Positions 37,813-48,584 of a DNA stretch of 64,000 bases are shown here, piece by piece. The notes under the pieces are model-generated. The model was not told the origin of the DNA, made no database searches, and saw only the letters and a list, made by a program, of their open reading frames with translations. The position numbers and the translations under genes are program-made. The stretch is from the NCBI GenBank assembly GCA_963713795.1, contig CAVQNC010000010.1, forward strand, positions 103,966 through 167,965, given 5' to 3'. Source of the DNA: an uncultured Chloroflexia bacterium (GTDB lineage Bacteria; Chloroflexota; Limnocylindria; Limnocylindrales; CSP1-4). Every line of letters begins with the position of its first letter. Position 1 is the stretch's first letter.

Positions 37813-40425
37813 GTGGCGGATGCGACCGGGCCGCTGGTAGGGATAGTCGTCGTCTCACACTCGGCGCGGATCGCCGAGGGTGTCGTCGAGCTGGCCCGGC
37901 AGATGGCCGGCCCGGACGTGCCTCTCGTTGCCGCCGGAGGCATGGCCGACGGCGCCATCGGAACCGATGCGGTTCTCATAGCGGAGGCGATCGCCCGGGC
38001 CGACGTTGGTGGCGGCGTGCTCGTTCTGGCCGACCTCGGCAGCGCGGTCCTGAGCACGAAACTGGCCCTGGACATGGCCGATCCGGAACTGGCCGCCCGG
38101 ACTCGCCTGAGCAACGGGCCGATCGTCGAAGGCGCGGTCGTGGCCGCGGTCCGAGCCAGGGGCGGCGCGACGGTCGACGAGGTTCTGCGCGAGGCGGAGG
38201 CCGCTGCCTCGGTGGTCAAGGACTCTGGTGACGAGGCTGCCGACGTCTTCGGTGCGGCCGGCCCCGGGCCGAGCCTGGCGGCCGGAGCGGCCGGGACGAG
38301 CGGCGGCGTGGCCGGTGCGGCCGGCGGGCCCAGCACGTTCACCCTCGAGGTCTCGAACCCGTCCGGCCTGCATGCCCGGCCGGCGGCGGAGTTCGTCGCC
38401 ACCGCCGCACGGTTCCGATCCGCGATCCGGCTCGAGAACCTGACTCGGGGCACGTCACCGGCCGACGCCAGGAGCCCGACGGCGATCATGTCGAGCGGAG
38501 TGGCCCAGGGCCACGCGATCCGCGTGTCGGCTGAGGGAGAGGACCAGGACGCGGCGCTTGCGGCGCTCCTGTCGCTCGCCGCTGGCGGCTTCGGCGAGGG
38601 CAAGGCGGCCGCCACCCGACCCGGGCCGGCCGCGGCTCGGCCGGCGGCCGAATTGCCGCTCCTGGCGCCCCGCCCGCGCCTGGCCGGGGCCATCGCCGGG
38701 ACGCCGGGCGCAGCCGGCGTGGCCGTCGGGCCGGTGTGGGTCTACGCCTCGCGGCCGCCGTCCGATGCCGCCGCTCACGGGGCCGGGGCGACTTACGATC
38801 CCGGCGCGGCAGTCCGTTCGGCGGCCGCCGAAGCCACCGCCCAGCTCAACGCGCTGGCGGCACGGGTGCGGCGGCATGGTCGAGACGAGGACGCCGGCAT
38901 CTTCCGAGCCCAGGCCATGATTGCCTCCGACCCGCAGCTCCTGGACGATGCCGTGGCGCGGGCGGCCGCGGGCGAGGACCCGGGCAGGGCCGTGGAGTCG
39001 GCCGCGGCGATGGCCGCGGAACGCATGGAGGCCCTGCCGGACGCGCTCCTGGCGGCCCGTGGGGCCGACTTCCGCGACGTGGGGGCCAGGATCGCCCGGA
39101 TCGTTCGAGGTGAGTCGCTGACCCTGCCGGCCGTGCCTTCCATCGCGGTCGCCGAGGACCTGCCGCCCTCCGTCGCGGAGGAGCTGCCGGAAGATCTCCT
39201 GCTCGGAGTGGCGATCCAGGGCGGCTCGGCCACGGCGCACGTCGTAATCCTGTCCCGCGGCCGGGGGATCCCGGCCGTAGTGGCGGTGCCCGGACTCCTC
39301 GAAGCGGCGGCGAAGGCGTCGGCCATCGCCATCGACGGCGAGTCGGGCGAAGTGGTCCTCGATCCGGACGCGGCCGCGCTGGCCGAGCTGGCGGCTCGCG
39401 CCGAGGCCTTGGCCGAGCGCCGCCGCGCCGCGGCCGCGCTTCGCGGCGACAAGGGAGCCACTGCCGACGGGCAGCCCGTTGCGCTGCTGGCGAACATCGG
39501 CGGCCCTGATGATGCCGGCCGCGCCATCGAAGCCGGAGCCGAGGGCGTGGGCCTGTTTCGAACCGAGTTCCTGTTCATGAAGCGCCGGACGGCTCCGACC
39601 GAGGACGACCAGGTCGAGCCGTATCGGCGCGTCTTCGAAGCCTTCGGGCGCGATCGCCCGGTCGTCGTCCGCCTGGCGGACATCGGCGGCGACAAGGACC
39701 TGCCTTACCTGGGCTTGCCGCACGAGGAGAACCCGTTCCTCGGAGTCCGGGCGATCCGCCTGGCCGAGGGTTCGCGCGAGCTGCTCGCCGCCCAGCTGCG
39801 GGCGATCTGGCGGGCCGCCGGGCTGGCCGGCGTGGTGCCGCACGTCATGGCGCCGATGGTCTCCACGCTGGAGGACGCCCGTCTCCTGGTCGAGCTGCGC
39901 GACGAAGCCCGGGCGGTGGTGGCGGCCGGGGGCGCGCCCCTGCCCGAGCGCATGGTCACCGGAATCATGGTCGAGGTCCCGTCCGCGGCGATCCTGGCTC
40001 CGGAGCTCGCGCGGCTGGTCGATTTCTTCTCGATCGGCACGAACGACCTGACCCAGTACACGCTGGCGGCGGATCGCTCGAACCCGGCTCTGGCCCACTT
40101 CCAGGATGCCCTCCATCCCGCTGTTCTACGCCTCATCGCCGGCGTGGTCGCCGGGGCCGACGAGGCCGGCATCCCGGTCGCGGTCTGCGGGGAACTGGCC
40201 GGCGATCCGATCGGGGCCCTCGTGCTGGTCGGCCTGGGTGTCGACGAACTCTCCGCGGACGCCGGCTCGCTCGATGACGTGCGGGCGGCGCTCGCGGGCG
40301 TGACGCGCGCTCAGCTGGCCGATCTTGCGCAGGACGCCCTCAAGGCGGCCGATGCCGCGGCGGTCAGGGCCATGGCCCGCGAGCTCCTGCGGCCGCTCGC
40401 AGCGGGGCCCGGGCGCACGCCGTGA
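37813..40425 (+). CDS. dhaM: Multiphosphoryl transfer protein: DhaM-type EIIA(Man)-like domain, HPr domain and full Enzyme I (PEP-protein phosphotransferase)
   Basis: N-terminus VGIVVVSHSARIAEGVVELARQM matches the DhaM N-terminus. HPr GLHARPAAEFV. EI phospho-His region GGSATAHVVILSRGRGIPAVV and PEP-utilizing signature FFSIGTNDLTQYTLA. 870 aa. Confidence 0.85.
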   Translation: MADATGPLVGIVVVSHSARIAEGVVELARQMAGPDVPLVAAGGMADGAIGTDAVLIAEAIARADVGGGVLVLADLGSAVLSTKLALDMADPELAARTRLSNGPIVEGAVVAAVRARGGATVDEVLREAEAAASVVKDSGDEAADVFGAAGPGPSLAAGAAGTSGGVAGAAGGPSTFTLEVSNPSGLHARPAAEFVATAARFRSAIRLENLTRGTSPADARSPTAIMSSGVAQGHAIRVSAEGEDQDAALAALLSLAAGGFGEGKAAATRPGPAAARPAAELPLLAPRPRLAGAIAGTPGAAGVAVGPVWVYASRPPSDAAAHGAGATYDPGAAVRSAAAEATAQLNALAARVRRHGRDEDAGIFRAQAMIASDPQLLDDAVARAAAGEDPGRAVESAAAMAAERMEALPDALLAARGADFRDVGARIARIVRGESLTLPAVPSIAVAEDLPPSVAEELPEDLLLGVAIQGGSATAHVVILSRGRGIPAVVAVPGLLEAAAKASAIAIDGESGEVVLDPDAAALAELAARAEALAERRRAAAALRGDKGATADGQPVALLANIGGPDDAGRAIEAGAEGVGLFRTEFLFMKRRTAPTEDDQVEPYRRVFEAFGRDRPVVVRLADIGGDKDLPYLGLPHEENPFLGVRAIRLAEGSRELLAAQLRAIWRAAGLAGVVPHVMAPMVSTLEDARLLVELRDEARAVVAAGGAPLPERMVTGIMVEVPSAAILAPELARLVDFFSIGTNDLTQYTLAADRSNPALAHFQDALHPAVLRLIAGVVAGADEAGIPVAVCGELAGDPIGALVLVGLGVDELSADAGSLDDVRAALAGVTRAQLADLAQDALKAADAAAVRAMARELLRPLAAGPGRTP

Positions 40426-41432
40426 GAATGGCGAGCCTGGGCAGGTCCGGCCTCCCCGTCAGCGAGATCGGGCTGGGCCTGGCCGCGATCGGCCGGCCGG
40501 GCTATATCAACCTCGGACGCGACCGCGACCTCGGCGCCGATCGCAGCGTCGAGGTCATGCGGAGCAGAGCCCACCACGTGCTCGACGCCGCCTACGCCGG
40601 CGGCGTGCGTTACTTCGACGCCGCGCGCTCGTACGGCCTGGCCGAGGACTTCCTGGCCTCGTGGCTGGACGCACGCGCCCTCGGGCCCGCCGACGTGACC
40701 GTGGGCTCCAAGTGGGGCTACCGCTACACGGCCGACTGGCAGGTCGGGGCGAGCGTCAACGAGATCAAGGACCACTCCGTCGCGAACCTGCGGCGCCAGG
40801 CGGCCGAGAGCCGCGGGCTGCTGGGAGACCGGCTGCGCCTCTACCAGATCCACTCCGCCACTCTCGAGAGCGGCGTGCTCGACGACGCCGAGGTGCTGGC
40901 CGAGCTGAGCTCGCTGGCCGGGGCCGGCCTGGCGGTCGGGCTGTCGGTGAGCGGTCCGCGGCAGTCGGACGTGATCCGTCGCGCGCTCGAGGTCCGGGTC
41001 GACGGCCGCCCGCTCTTTGCCTCCGTCCAGGCGACCTGGAACCTGCTCGAGCCGTCGGCCGGACCCGCGCTGGCCGAGGCCAGGGAGGCGGGCTGGGGAG
41101 TGATCGTCAAGGAAGCGCTGGCGAACGGCCGCCTGGCCACGCCGGCGGCGCCGGCGGCCCTCGCGGCGCCGGGTTCGCCGGGCCGGCCCGCTCCGCTCGA
41201 GAACGTGGCCGGGCGCCTCCGCTGCGCCGCCGACGCCGTGTCCATCGCCGCCGCGCTGGCTCAGCCGTGGTCCGACGTAGTCCTGTCGGGAGCGGTCAGC
41301 CCTGAACAGCTCACCAGCAACCTTGCCGCGGTCGACGTGCGGATCTCGCCCGACGACCTGGCCGAACTCGGGTCCATGGCCGAGCCGCCGGCATCGTACT
41401 GGGCGACGCGAGCCTCGCTGGCCTGGGCCTGA
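40422..41432 (+). CDS. Aldo/keto reductase
   Basis: 336 aa; AKR (alpha/beta)8 barrel features; ATGA overlap with the dhaM fusion gene. Confidence 0.7.
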   Translation: MRMASLGRSGLPVSEIGLGLAAIGRPGYINLGRDRDLGADRSVEVMRSRAHHVLDAAYAGGVRYFDAARSYGLAEDFLASWLDARALGPADVTVGSKWGYRYTADWQVGASVNEIKDHSVANLRRQAAESRGLLGDRLRLYQIHSATLESGVLDDAEVLAELSSLAGAGLAVGLSVSGPRQSDVIRRALEVRVDGRPLFASVQATWNLLEPSAGPALAEAREAGWGVIVKEALANGRLATPAAPAALAAPGSPGRPAPLENVAGRLRCAADAVSIAAALAQPWSDVVLSGAVSPEQLTSNLAAVDVRISPDDLAELGSMAEPPASYWATRASLAWA

Positions 41433-41459
41433 CTGCCCAGGGACTCCCGGCACGGAGAG

Positions 41460-41710
41460 GGTGAGGGCGGCCGCGCCGCCCGCCCGCGCGGCCCCGCGCC
41501 GCCCGCCCGCGCGGCCCCGCGCCGCCCGCGCGCCGAGTCGGCCGCCTGCGTCCTTCGCCGCCTGCCTGCACCCCGCGTCGCCCACCGCGAGCTGTGCAGC
41601 CGCCCGCGACCTGTGCCGCCCGCGCGCCGCCCAGCGTGTCGCGCCCGCCCCGAGCTGTCCCGCCCCGAGCTGTCCCGCTCGCGCCCGAGCTGTCCCGCCC
41701 GCCCTGAGCC
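41460..41710. repeat. GC-rich degenerate tandem repeats in an intergenic region (23-nt unit GCCGCCCGCCCGCGCGGCCCCGC x2 plus partial copy; 14-15-nt unit CCCGAGCTGTCCCGC x3)
   Basis: Read directly from the sequence between the AKR stop and the SorC-family regulator start. Confidence 0.6.
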
Positions 41711-41841
41711 GATTCCTCTTGGGGATCGACGACAACTCATGACCCGCACCGTGAATCAGCCGGCTCCGGCGGGACCCGCTCTGGTAACATTGGGCACACG
41801 CTCACCACTGAGCAAATGATCGGGCCGCCTGGGGTTGGCAG

Positions 41842-42906
41842 TTGGAAGAGAACGCCGGCCAGAGCCTGTACGAATTCCTGGCGCGCATCGCCCATCGTTA
41901 CTACGTCGACGATCGGACGCAGGAGGAGATCGCGCGCGAATTCGCTCTGTCGCGGGCGAAGGTCCAGCGGCTCCTCGTCCAGGCGCGCGAGGCGGGCGTG
42001 GTCGAGATCAGGATCCAGGCCCCGCCGTGGCTCCACCTGGAGCTCGAGGACGAGTTCGCCGCCGAGTTCCGTCTGACCGACGTGATCGTCAGCACGTCGC
42101 GGCCGGACCCGCAATCGCAGCGCGAGGCGGTGGCCCGGAGCGCGGCCCAGTACCTTGAGCGGCGCCTCGGCAAAGGAGCGATCGTGGCGGTGGGCCACGG
42201 GCGCGACACCGGCGAGGTGCCGCGTTTCTTCCGGCCGGGCCGCCGGCTCGATTGCACGTTCGTCAGCGCCATGGGCGGGTCGCCGCGGGTCGATGCCCCA
42301 ACCAACCCCAACGAGATCTGCCGCGCCCTGGCGCAACAGTGCGGCGGCCGGGCCGAGAGTCTCTACGCCCCGGCCTACGTCGAGAGCGAGGAGATGCGCG
42401 ATGGGCTGCTCCAGCAGGAGGCGATCTCGCACACCCTGCGGCTTGCCGCACAGGCGAGCGTCGCCCTCGTCGGCATTGGCGGCACGAACGAGAACTGCAC
42501 GATGGTCCGCAGCGGCTGTCTCTCCACCGACGAGATAGGCCGGCTCGTGGGCCAGGGGGCCGTCGGCGACGTGCTCGGGAACTACATGGATGTCGATGGT
42601 CGGTTGATCGCGGCGCCCCACCGGGACCGGCTGGTGGCCCTGTCCGTAGACGAGCTGCGCCGTATCGAGACCGTCGTCGCGGTCGTGAGCGAGGCCGAGA
42701 AGCCGCTCGCGATCCTCGGCGTCCTGCGAGCGGGAGTCATCGATGTCCTGATCGTCGACGAAGCCAACGCCAGGGCCGTGCTGGACCTGGTGCGCCGCGG
42801 CCGTGATTCGGGCGACCCGGCCGGCAGCGAAGAGGTTCCGGCGGGCAAGAAGGCGACAGCCCGGGCTGCCCGGGACAAAGGAGTGATCGGCTCGACGAAG
42901 GATTGA
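41842..42906 (+). CDS. SorC/DeoR-family sugar-binding transcriptional regulator
   Basis: TTG start. N-terminal HTH LYEFLARIAHRYYVDDRTQEEIAREFALSRAKVQRLL, then a sugar-phosphate-binding CggR/SorC-type domain. Confidence 0.75.
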   Translation: MEENAGQSLYEFLARIAHRYYVDDRTQEEIAREFALSRAKVQRLLVQAREAGVVEIRIQAPPWLHLELEDEFAAEFRLTDVIVSTSRPDPQSQREAVARSAAQYLERRLGKGAIVAVGHGRDTGEVPRFFRPGRRLDCTFVSAMGGSPRVDAPTNPNEICRALAQQCGGRAESLYAPAYVESEEMRDGLLQQEAISHTLRLAAQASVALVGIGGTNENCTMVRSGCLSTDEIGRLVGQGAVGDVLGNYMDVDGRLIAAPHRDRLVALSVDELRRIETVVAVVSEAEKPLAILGVLRAGVIDVLIVDEANARAVLDLVRRGRDSGDPAGSEEVPAGKKATARAARDKGVIGSTKD

Positions 42907-43016
42907 ACAGCCGCGGAGCGGTGGCGTAACCAGTTCGGCCGCGAGCCCGGAGGGCTCTGGCCGATGGCCGGAGTAGGCGTAAGCCGGACAGCGAAGCGTC
43001 CCAAGGAGGTGCTGGA

Positions 43017-43871
43017 GTGCCGATCGTATCGACAAAAGAGATCCTCAACAGGGCATTTGCCGAACGCTACGGGGTCGCGGCGATCAACGTCATCAACGAC
43101 CTGACGATGGAGGCCGTCCTGGCCGCGGCGGAGGAACTGAAAGCCCCCGTCATCCTCCAGACCTCGGTCAAGCACGTGAAGATGACCGGGCTGGACGCCA
43201 TGTACGCGATGTGGGTGGAGTACACCAAGCACGTCTCCGTCCCGGTCGCCCTCCACCTGGACCATTGCCCGGAGCGCGACGTCATCAGCGCCTGCCTCGC
43301 GAAGGGCTGGAACTCGGTCCTCTTCGACGCCAGCAAGCTTTCGGTCGAGGAGAACAAGCGCCAGTGCGCCGAGGTCGTCGCCGAGGCCCGCCGCTACGGC
43401 GCCGACGTCGAGGGCGAGATCGAGGGCTTCAAGCGGACCGAGGAGATGACCGGCGACGAGGCCGAGCACGTCCAGAGCCTCGAGACCGTCATCGACTTCG
43501 TCCACGCCACCGGCGTCGACGTCTTCGCGCCGGCGATCGGCAACGCCCACGGCATGTACAAGACGACGCCGCACCTCGACAGCCAGCGGGTAACCGACAT
43601 CGTCGAGGCAACCGGGATTCCGGTGGCGCTCCACGGCGGCACCGGCATGACCCCGGAGCAGTTCAGCGACCTGATCTCCCGCGGTTGCGCCAAAGTCAAC
43701 ATCTCCACCGCGCTCAAGATCGCCTTCATGAAGTCGGGCTACGACTTCATGACCGAACACCCGGGCGACTACGACCCGCCCAAGATCTTCACCGCCCAGC
43801 GCGCCGCGGTGATGGAAATGGCCAAGTACCACATCCGGCTGTTCGGCAGCGAAGGCAAGGCCTGGAAATGA
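43017..43871 (+). CDS. Class II ketose-bisphosphate aldolase (FbaA/GatY/KbaY family)
   Basis: GTG after AAGGAGG. Collinear with E. coli GatY as recalled ([30 protein letters not shown]). Confidence 0.85.
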   Translation: MPIVSTKEILNRAFAERYGVAAINVINDLTMEAVLAAAEELKAPVILQTSVKHVKMTGLDAMYAMWVEYTKHVSVPVALHLDHCPERDVISACLAKGWNSVLFDASKLSVEENKRQCAEVVAEARRYGADVEGEIEGFKRTEEMTGDEAEHVQSLETVIDFVHATGVDVFAPAIGNAHGMYKTTPHLDSQRVTDIVEATGIPVALHGGTGMTPEQFSDLISRGCAKVNISTALKIAFMKSGYDFMTEHPGDYDPPKIFTAQRAAVMEMAKYHIRLFGSEGKAWK

Positions 43872-44641
43872 ACGCGCTGGTCTTCGACTGCGACGGCGTC
43901 CTGGCCGACACCGAGCGGTACGGACACCTGCCGTCGTTCAACCAGACGTTCCGCGAGTTCGGACTCCCTCTCGAGTGGTCGGAGGAGGAGTACGGGCGAA
44001 AGCTGCTCATCGGCGGCGGCAAGGAGCGCATGTCGAGCGAACTGACGCCCGACTTCGTTCGGGCCAACCGCCTGCCCTCCGACCCCGAAGCTCTGGCGGC
44101 AGAGGTCGCCAAGTGGCACAAGCGCAAGACTGCCCTCTATACGGAGATGGTCGCCGCCGGCAAGCTGCCGCCGCGGCCGGGCATCCGGCGGGTGATCTCC
44201 GACGCGCAGGACGCGGGCTGGAAGCTGGCGGTGGCGTCCACGTCAGCCGAGGCGTCGGTCCACGCCATCCTCGAGTTCGCGGTCGGCAAGGAGCGCGCCG
44301 ACCTCTTCGACGTCTTCCTGGCCGGCGACTGCGTTCCCAAGAAGAAGCCGGCTCCGGACATCTATCTCCTCGCGCTCGAGAAGCTCGGCGTCGACCCCGC
44401 CGAGGTGCTCGTCGTGGAGGACTCTCGCAACGGGCTCGAGGCGGCCTACGCCGCGGGCCTGCGCTGCCTGGTAACGGTCAACGGCTACACCGAGAAGGAG
44501 GACTTCAGCGAGGCAATCCTCGTGGTTTCGTCCCTTGGTGATCCGGATGGGGAGCAGACGACAGTCATCGCCAACCGCTCGGCCGCGCGGCCGGGTGCGT
44601 ACGTGACCCTCGCCGACCTGGAGGCCTGCCTCGCCCCGTAA
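43868..44641 (+). CDS. HAD-IA family hydrolase (phosphatase/phosphomutase-like)
   Basis: DxD motif FDCDGVLAD at the N-terminus; ATGA overlap with the aldolase gene. The 5' part of track ORF 43211..44641 is a frame artefact. Confidence 0.75.
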   Translation: MNALVFDCDGVLADTERYGHLPSFNQTFREFGLPLEWSEEEYGRKLLIGGGKERMSSELTPDFVRANRLPSDPEALAAEVAKWHKRKTALYTEMVAAGKLPPRPGIRRVISDAQDAGWKLAVASTSAEASVHAILEFAVGKERADLFDVFLAGDCVPKKKPAPDIYLLALEKLGVDPAEVLVVEDSRNGLEAAYAAGLRCLVTVNGYTEKEDFSEAILVVSSLGDPDGEQTTVIANRSAARPGAYVTLADLEACLAP

Positions 44642-44683
44642 CTCCGCCCGGCAACCCACCGAAGCAAGGAGAAGGAGGTCCAT

Positions 44684-45355
44684 ATGGCTAAGGCGTCGTT
44701 CGACGACGTCGACCTCGTGCTCAAGACGATGGCCACCACGATCGTCGACAACGCGGAGTACTTCGCCCAACTCGACTCGATCGTCGGGGACGGCGACTTC
44801 GGCTTCTCGTTGCGCAACGGATTCGAGGTCGTGGTCGCCGACTACGACACGTTCGACAAGTCGAGCGTGGGAGCCGTGCTCAAGAAGATCGGCCTCACCC
44901 TCGCCGGCAAGGTCGGCGGAGTTTCCGGCCCCATCTGGGGTACGGCTTTCCTCCGGGCCGGCGTTGCGGCCGGCGATCGGACCGAACTGGCGCCCGAAGA
45001 CCTGATCGCGATGTTGCGTGCCGCGATCACGGGAATCATGGCCCGCGGCGGCGCATCGCTGGGCGAGAAGACCCTGCTCGACGCCCTTGTTCCGGCAACC
45101 AATTCCATGGAGGCGGCGATCGGCGACCCGGCGATGCAAGGCGACCACGGCGTCAAGGCGATCCAGAGTGCCGCTGACGTGGCGGTCAAGGCGGCGGAAG
45201 ACACCAAGTCCATGCTGGCGATGCGCGGTCGGGCCGCGTACACCGGCGAGCGGAGCATCGGCTCCGTCGATGCCGGCGCGACGGCGATCGGCGTAATCCT
45301 CCAGGCCATCGCGTCGGCGTGGCGCGAAAAGTACGGAAAGGAAGCACAGGCGTGA
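44684..45355 (+). CDS. dhaL: Dihydroxyacetone kinase subunit DhaL (copy 2, divergent)
   Basis: DhaL fold with variant nucleotide motif DGDFGFSL; 223 aa. Confidence 0.75.
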   Translation: MAKASFDDVDLVLKTMATTIVDNAEYFAQLDSIVGDGDFGFSLRNGFEVVVADYDTFDKSSVGAVLKKIGLTLAGKVGGVSGPIWGTAFLRAGVAAGDRTELAPEDLIAMLRAAITGIMARGGASLGEKTLLDALVPATNSMEAAIGDPAMQGDHGVKAIQSAADVAVKAAEDTKSMLAMRGRAAYTGERSIGSVDAGATAIGVILQAIASAWREKYGKEAQA

Positions 45356-46347
45356 GGAAGTTCCTGAACGACCCGAAGAAGTTCGTGCCCGAGTTCCTCG
45401 AGGGCATCGCGCTCGCGAGCGGCGGCACGCTCAAGTACGAGCCGAAGTACAACCTGATCTACCGGGCCGACATGCCCAAGAAGGATCGGGTCTCGATCAT
45501 CCAGGGTTCCGGGTCCGGCCACGAGCCGGCGCACACCATGATCGTCGGCCCCGGCATGCTCGACGCGGCATGCCCGGGCGACGTCTTCGCCGGCCCGCCC
45601 GTTGAGTTCGTCACCGAGACGTCCAAGCTGATGGACACCCCGGCCGGCGTGCTCTACATCGTCAACAACTACACGGGCGACCGCACCGCCTGGGAGATGG
45701 CCAAGGAGCTCTGCGAGGCCGAGGGCCAGAAGATCGGCTATCTGCTCGTCAACGACGACGTGGCGGTCAAGGACTCCACCTGGACGATCGGCCGGCGCGG
45801 CGTGGCCGGCAACTTCTTCGTGATCAAGGCCGTCGGCGCCAAGGCCGACAAGGGCGGCTCGCTCGAGGAGTGCGTCAAGGTCGGCGAGAAGGTCATCAGC
45901 CGCGTCCGGACGATGGGTATCGCCCTGTCGTCCTGCACGCCGCCGGTCCGCGGCACGCCGCTCTTCGAGATCGCCGACGGCGAGATGGAAGTCGGCATCG
46001 GCATCCACGGCGAGCCGGGTCGCGAGCGGCGCAAGATGGGCACGGCCGACGAGATCGTCGACGTGCTCCTCGGCGCCATCGTCCCCGACCTGCCGTTCAA
46101 GGCAGGCGACGAGGTCGCGCTGATGGTCAACGGCCTCGGCGGGACCCCGATCAGCGAGCTCTACCTGCTCTACGGCATTGCCCACAAGAAGCTGGCCGCG
46201 CAGGGCATCAAGGTCTTCCGCAGCTACGTCGGCGAGTACTGCACCTCGCTCGAGATGGCGGGCGCGCACATCTCGATGCTCAAGGTGGACGACGAGCTCA
46301 AGGAACTGCTCCTCGCCCCGGCGGAGGTCGCCGTCCGGGTCTTCTAG
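45352..46347 (+). CDS. dhaK: Dihydroxyacetone/ketose kinase subunit DhaK (copy 2)
   Basis: GTG 45352 overlapping the dhaL2 stop (GTGA), preceded by GGAAAGGAAG; GSGSGHEP motif. Confidence 0.8.
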   Translation: MRKFLNDPKKFVPEFLEGIALASGGTLKYEPKYNLIYRADMPKKDRVSIIQGSGSGHEPAHTMIVGPGMLDAACPGDVFAGPPVEFVTETSKLMDTPAGVLYIVNNYTGDRTAWEMAKELCEAEGQKIGYLLVNDDVAVKDSTWTIGRRGVAGNFFVIKAVGAKADKGGSLEECVKVGEKVISRVRTMGIALSSCTPPVRGTPLFEIADGEMEVGIGIHGEPGRERRKMGTADEIVDVLLGAIVPDLPFKAGDEVALMVNGLGGTPISELYLLYGIAHKKLAAQGIKVFRSYVGEYCTSLEMAGAHISMLKVDDELKELLLAPAEVAVRVF

Positions 46348-46368
46348 ATCTGTCCGATCCGCAGCGGG

Positions 46369-46409
46369 TGGCGGCCCGGCCCAGGTGGGCAGGGCCGCCA
46401 CTCTTTGTG
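46369..46409 (+). terminator. Rho-independent-like terminator: 10-bp perfect stem GTGGCGGCCC / GGGCCGCCAC followed by TCTTTGTG
   Basis: Read directly, 20 nt downstream of the dhaK2 stop. Confidence 0.55.
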
Positions 46410-46584
46410 CCCGGCCGCTTCGTGGCCGCGCCCGGGCCGGCCGCGGCGGCGCTTCGGCCCCGGCGTCCTGGCGTTTCGGGCCGGCCGCGCCGGCGCTTCG
46501 GCCGGGCCGTGAGCGCCCGCCACGGAGGTGGGCGCGAAATCGGGTACAGTCATGGTCTAGATCGGAGTCGGGAGCCGCGCCAAG

Positions 46585-48306
<1,722 letters not shown>

Positions 48307-48584
48307 GGGAGGGCGCGAGGGGTCGCCGGGGCGCGGCAGCGGGGGCGCCAACAGCCAGGTCCCCCAGGATCGCCCGGGCCGGCGGCCTCGGGTCGCGGGT
48401 CGCGGTCGGCCGCCACAGGGGCCCGGATCGCCAGGCGGCCCGGCGACCCCGTGGCCCGGATATCGTCCGATCAATCTCGGCGGATGATTTCGCGGTCAAC
48501 TCGGTAGACTGGCCGACAACATGCGGGCGATGATCCCGCCCGGCGGCGCACGGCCGCGCCACCGCCATCTTTCGTTCGCCTGCC

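Noticed and set aside
41460-41710. Possible CRISPR array
   Set aside because: The repeat units are 14-23 nt, degenerate, and contiguous without unique spacers. No cas genes are in the window.
43211-44641. 476-aa track ORF over the aldolase gene
   Set aside because: The N-terminal 219 codons are an out-of-frame read of the aldolase gene with an Arg/Pro/Gly-rich translation. The HAD hydrolase starts at ATG 43868 with a DxD motif.
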